Positions 60,351 through 64,000 of a stretch of DNA of 64,000 bases are shown piece after piece. Both the position numbers and the translations under genes were made by a program. Numbering within the stretch: position 1 is the first letter of the stretch; every line of letters begins with the position of its first letter. Location: the NCBI GenBank assembly GCA_964187785.1, contig OZ076409.1, positions 96,660,001-96,724,000 on the forward strand. The letters are read 5' to 3'. Under the pieces are notes generated by a model that saw only the letters and a program-made list of their open reading frames with translations, was not told where the DNA came from and ran no database searches. The stretch comes from Amphiscolops sp. MND2022. Its lineage: Eukaryota.

Positions 60351-61304
60351 ATTGAAGAATATGAAGAAATTTGTTGAAAATTGTAGAAGATACGTTGGAA
60401 TTCTTTTTGGATGGACGGCTTGAGAGGAGGAAGAAAAGCTGATGAAGCAGTTGTGACGGTATTCAACTAAAATAGATTAGTTTGTTTACAATAAAGTTCC
60501 TTTCAAAATAGAATTTCATAAATGACATTTTTTCGATGTAATTTGTGATGTTATAACTTTTTAATTTTAAGAATTAAGTTGATGTATTTTGGAAGTCTTT
60601 TGAAGGGATTTAAATATCTTTCATATAAGTACTTATTTGTTGAAATCGGTCCATTAAAAGGAGGAGCAATTGAAGAATTTCGTTGAAAATTTTAATGTCG
60701 CGATTGAAATTTTTTATATTATTTTATTTTAAAAGAGTATTTTAATATCAAGCATGTAATATAATCATGCATAGCAGGCATATGCGTGTAGACTCAATTA
60801 GTTTTGACAGGTTGTTAAGAGATTAAGTGCTAAGTGTTAACAATTTAGGTTATTATCCCATAATTACCAGTTAAGATCGGTGCATTTTTTCAGTTGTATA
60901 GTTGAATTCGTCCAAAGATGTGCGAATACACAAAGCTGATTGGCTAATTCTTGTCGTATCAAATACGATATTTTGTATTATGCTTCAAGCTTGTTCAAGA
61001 GTTTTTACGATTTTGGCGATTGTTATAAGAATATCTCGGTTCGGATGATGATAAGGTTTTATGATGTTCAGAATTTCTGTATATTTCTGTAATTCGTCCG
61101 TTGGGCGAAAACTTTGTAGTTGAGGAATGTCATTTTTGGTTTTCTGTGGCAATTCTTGTTTTGTCTTTTTGTGTTCTTTATGATTTCTATTTGTAAGAAG
61201 TGAAAGCAGGTGAGAAATAATGAAAATTAATTCAATTTTTGAATATCCCTTTTTGGTCATTGCGTAAAAATAAGATTTTTCACAGTCTCCCAGAGGTTGA
61301 GAGG

Positions 61305-62153
61305 CTATATGTTGAAGTGGAGAAGAGGATCAGATATGTTTTGAGGTATATCTTCTTGTAATAACGAATCGTCGTTTAGAATGAGGTATTCTTGTGGTAC
61401 AATGATTGGTCTTTTTGGATTATCATTTGGAAGGAAAAGAAAACTTTGTTTAAGCGGGTCATAATTCCTAAGTTTTCGTTTTGTTTTGGTATGATCTATC
61501 AAATATTCTGAGTTGAAAGTGAATGGCGATGTATATTTGGAGTTGAGGAATATATAATTATCGGGCTCTTTGCATTGAAGAAACTTCTGATAAGTCATGT
61601 GATGAGCTTTTTTGATTTGGTATGGCAAAAAATTTGCATCATTTTCTTCGGTTCGAAGATCATATGGAGATGGTCTGAGGAAGTTGTATTGGAGAGAGAA
61701 AATTTTCACTTTATTGTTTAACCACCAATCATATGGGGTGATCAATTTCGAAGCGATTGAAGTATGATAATCATTGTTAAATTCTCTGATGATGAATTTG
61801 TATTTTGTTGGAATCATGTATAACGAGGTTAACTGAGATTGAAAGGTAAATTGTTTTGAAGAGAGAATAGGAACTAATTCACAATCTCTATCTTCATCTT
61901 GTTTAACTGGTTTTATGAAAGGAGGGCAAGCGCCAGATTCCATAAAAGGTTTGTCTGCAGTTATATCTGGATACTTTCTATTTTGAGATCTTGCGTTAAC
62001 ATGATCTACTTGTTCAATAGGAATAGTTTCCATGGGATCTTGAGAGTTTGAAGATGAGTTATTATCTTCGTTAACATTTTGTTGAATAGTTATATTCAAA
62101 GGGGATGCAAGCAATTCAGAGGGGTTGGAATTAACTACATCAATTTCGGGCAA
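61305..62153 (-). CDS. Orphan ORF (~282 aa; the 60985-61260 ORF may be its frameshifted continuation)
   Basis: Long open frame in ~30% GC DNA. No family recognised. Confidence 0.55.
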   Translation of the reverse strand: MPEIDVVNSNPSELLASPLNITIQQNVNEDNNSSSNSQDPMETIPIEQVDHVNARSQNRKYPDITADKPFMESGACPPFIKPVKQDEDRDCELVPILSSKQFTFQSQLTSLYMIPTKYKFIIREFNNDYHTSIASKLITPYDWWLNNKVKIFSLQYNFLRPSPYDLRTEENDANFLPYQIKKAHHMTYQKFLQCKEPDNYIFLNSKYTSPFTFNSEYLIDHTKTKRKLRNYDPLKQSFLFLPNDNPKRPIIVPQEYLILNDDSLLQEDIPQNISDPLLHFNI

Positions 62154-62602
62154 GGATTCGATTATTGAGACTTGCGTGTTTTGTAGAGCTAAAATAATGA
62201 TTATAACGTTTGATTATACTGTTTCTAATAATAAGGAAAATTTTTGTTATGTCTTTTCTATCCATTGAATTGTTTGTTAAAAATGAAGTTTAAATTGTAC
62301 TTACAATATGAGAATAACTGAGTCAATTGTGGGTTGAAAACATCAACAATCACAGTGGCATCTATTCCAGGAATAGAAACTTCTGTAATTTCGGTCTTTT
62401 AGATGGACTGAAGATCCAGTTGAAGTCTTCTGGTTGAGAGTTGAGTTGTGATAGGCAAGTGAATTTTTAGCTGAGTTGAAAAGGAGAGACTGGTCCGAGT
62501 GAGAATTTGGGTTTGAATGAAAGTTAAACTGAGGAGAATTTTGTTGATAAGTTTTTGAACTTTTTCTGAGGTTAATTTGTTTATTTGGTTATTGCTTTTT
62601 AG

Positions 62603-64000
62603 CTAGGAGGGATTAAATTTTATAAAGACTTTAGCAGGACTTTCCGGTACAGCTATTACATTTGATAATATTGGGTCATAGTCCTGAGAGTTAATATCGT
62701 TGACATTAGTTGGGTGTGTCTTTTGTGGTGATTGAAATGTTGAATTCTTACTGGAATATTTAGGAGGTAAATAAGGGGAGTCATTATCAGAGTATCTTCG
62801 TTTATTGTTTAATTCTTTTTCCGGCAATAGGATATTATCATTTTCACTTGTTGTAATTTTGTGTTTAGTATATATCCGTTTTCGTTTTCCTGTATTGTTT
62901 AAATCGGTTACCATTTCCGATGTAACTATATTAAAAAATCCATGGGCTATTGAACTCAAAATGGAAATGTTGCTTTGGAGATTATATTTTATGCTAATTG
63001 TTCTGTAGAATTTGAGTAAAAATGTTAAAACTTCTCTATTGAAAAGAAATGTTGAAAAATAAATTCCACATTGTGTTAAAACATAACATGGATATCCAAA
63101 GAAATTAATGCATGCTTGACCGAACCAGTCAGGGTTGAAAAGTGGTAAGAGGTTTTTTAACAAGTGGTCATGTACTCCAATCCTAAAATGATTATAAGGA
63201 TTATGCCCTGAGTAGGAATGTTTATCATTATGCACTGTGATGAAATCATAGCTTAATGATTTTCCAAGTAATTGAAGAATTGTGTCTGAATGTTTAGCGA
63301 ATAATACTCTGTTCCACAATTGATCTAATTCTGCATTTGAGTATATACCGGCATGTTGGGCGGTAAAAATATTAGGAGTGATTGTTGTTTTAAGTTGGGT
63401 AGGTTTAAACATTTGTGGTGCTTCTCGTTTGAGTGGTTCTGGTGTTAACACATAAAAATCTCCGTCGTTAGAATCTGGGTCTAATTCGATTATATTTTGT
63501 GGGTTTTTTCCACATTCAATTGGTGTTGCATAGTTAAAAGTTTGTCTTGTTATAGGATCAACATATATTATAGTTTCTCTGTAGTGTATGGGAATTCTAT
63601 CAAAGCTTTTATCTGCCTTGTATAGTGGTGATATAAAATGAGGGCAATCATACAGCCATGCTGTAGATCCTTCAACGTAGAGAAAGTTACTACGAATTCC
63701 AGTTGAAAGAAAACCGGCTAATTGAGGATTTTTAATTGACATAGCTAAGATTGTTAACAATTGAGTTCTTTCCAGTTCACATATTGTATGAAGGGTGTTT
63801 AGTTCTTGTACTGTCTTGGAATTAAATACATGATTTATTGTGAAATCAATTTTTGTATAAATGTGGGCATCATAATCTAAAGTGGCGAAATTGTTTGATA
63901 TATTCAATGCAGGGAATATATACCTTTTAATTGAGTCATCATATTTTATGTTTCCACTAATTGTTTGATCAATTATTGAGTGTGGTTTTGGTAGTCCTGT
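62603..64000 (-). CDS. Viral fusion glycoprotein / env-like ORF (chuvirus-G / gB-like pattern), 5' end outside the window
   Basis: The frame stays open to the window edge. Pattern ICELERTQL..LAGF..VEGSTAWLYDC..IPIHY...YVDPITR...IEC..GIYSNAEL, then a hydrophobic segment and basic tail, recalls retroelement-captured chuvirus-like glycoproteins. Recognised from memory, not searched. Confidence 0.65.
   Translation of the reverse strand, partial: TGLPKPHSIIDQTISGNIKYDDSIKRYIFPALNISNNFATLDYDAHIYTKIDFTINHVFNSKTVQELNTLHTICELERTQLLTILAMSIKNPQLAGFLSTGIRSNFLYVEGSTAWLYDCPHFISPLYKADKSFDRIPIHYRETIIYVDPITRQTFNYATPIECGKNPQNIIELDPDSNDGDFYVLTPEPLKREAPQMFKPTQLKTTITPNIFTAQHAGIYSNAELDQLWNRVLFAKHSDTILQLLGKSLSYDFITVHNDKHSYSGHNPYNHFRIGVHDHLLKNLLPLFNPDWFGQACINFFGYPCYVLTQCGIYFSTFLFNREVLTFLLKFYRTISIKYNLQSNISILSSIAHGFFNIVTSEMVTDLNNTGKRKRIYTKHKITTSENDNILLPEKELNNKRRYSDNDSPYLPPKYSSKNSTFQSPQKTHPTNVNDINSQDYDPILSNVIAVPESPAKVFIKFNPS

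Overview
AT-rich, repeat-dense animal-type genomic DNA, not prokaryotic. Left to right it holds six blocks. (1) About 1-13.3 kb looks virus/Polinton-like: two interleaved ~105-bp repeat families, a long hairpin, an intact protein-primed family B DNA polymerase, and small orphan ORFs. (2) About 17-31.4 kb is a minus-strand, multi-exon STE20/GCK (MAP4K-like) kinase gene whose introns are filled with Helentron-like non-autonomous repeats. (3) A decayed BEL/Pao retrotransposon has its integrase split by a 3-LTR miniature retrotransposon (TRIM). (4) A decayed Gypsy fragment and a hAT transposon inserted in a 172-bp tandem array follow. (5) A full-length, frameshifted Gypsy element keeps both LTRs and its TSD. 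(6) The right end carries a viral fusion-glycoprotein-like (env) ORF plus orphan ORFs. The most striking observation is the TRIM at 33393-34433. Each LTR carries a tRNA-like gene, and the element's primer-binding site is the exact complement of that tRNA-like 3' end plus a non-templated CCA, so the element may encode its own reverse-transcription primer. All calls are by eye; no searches were run.
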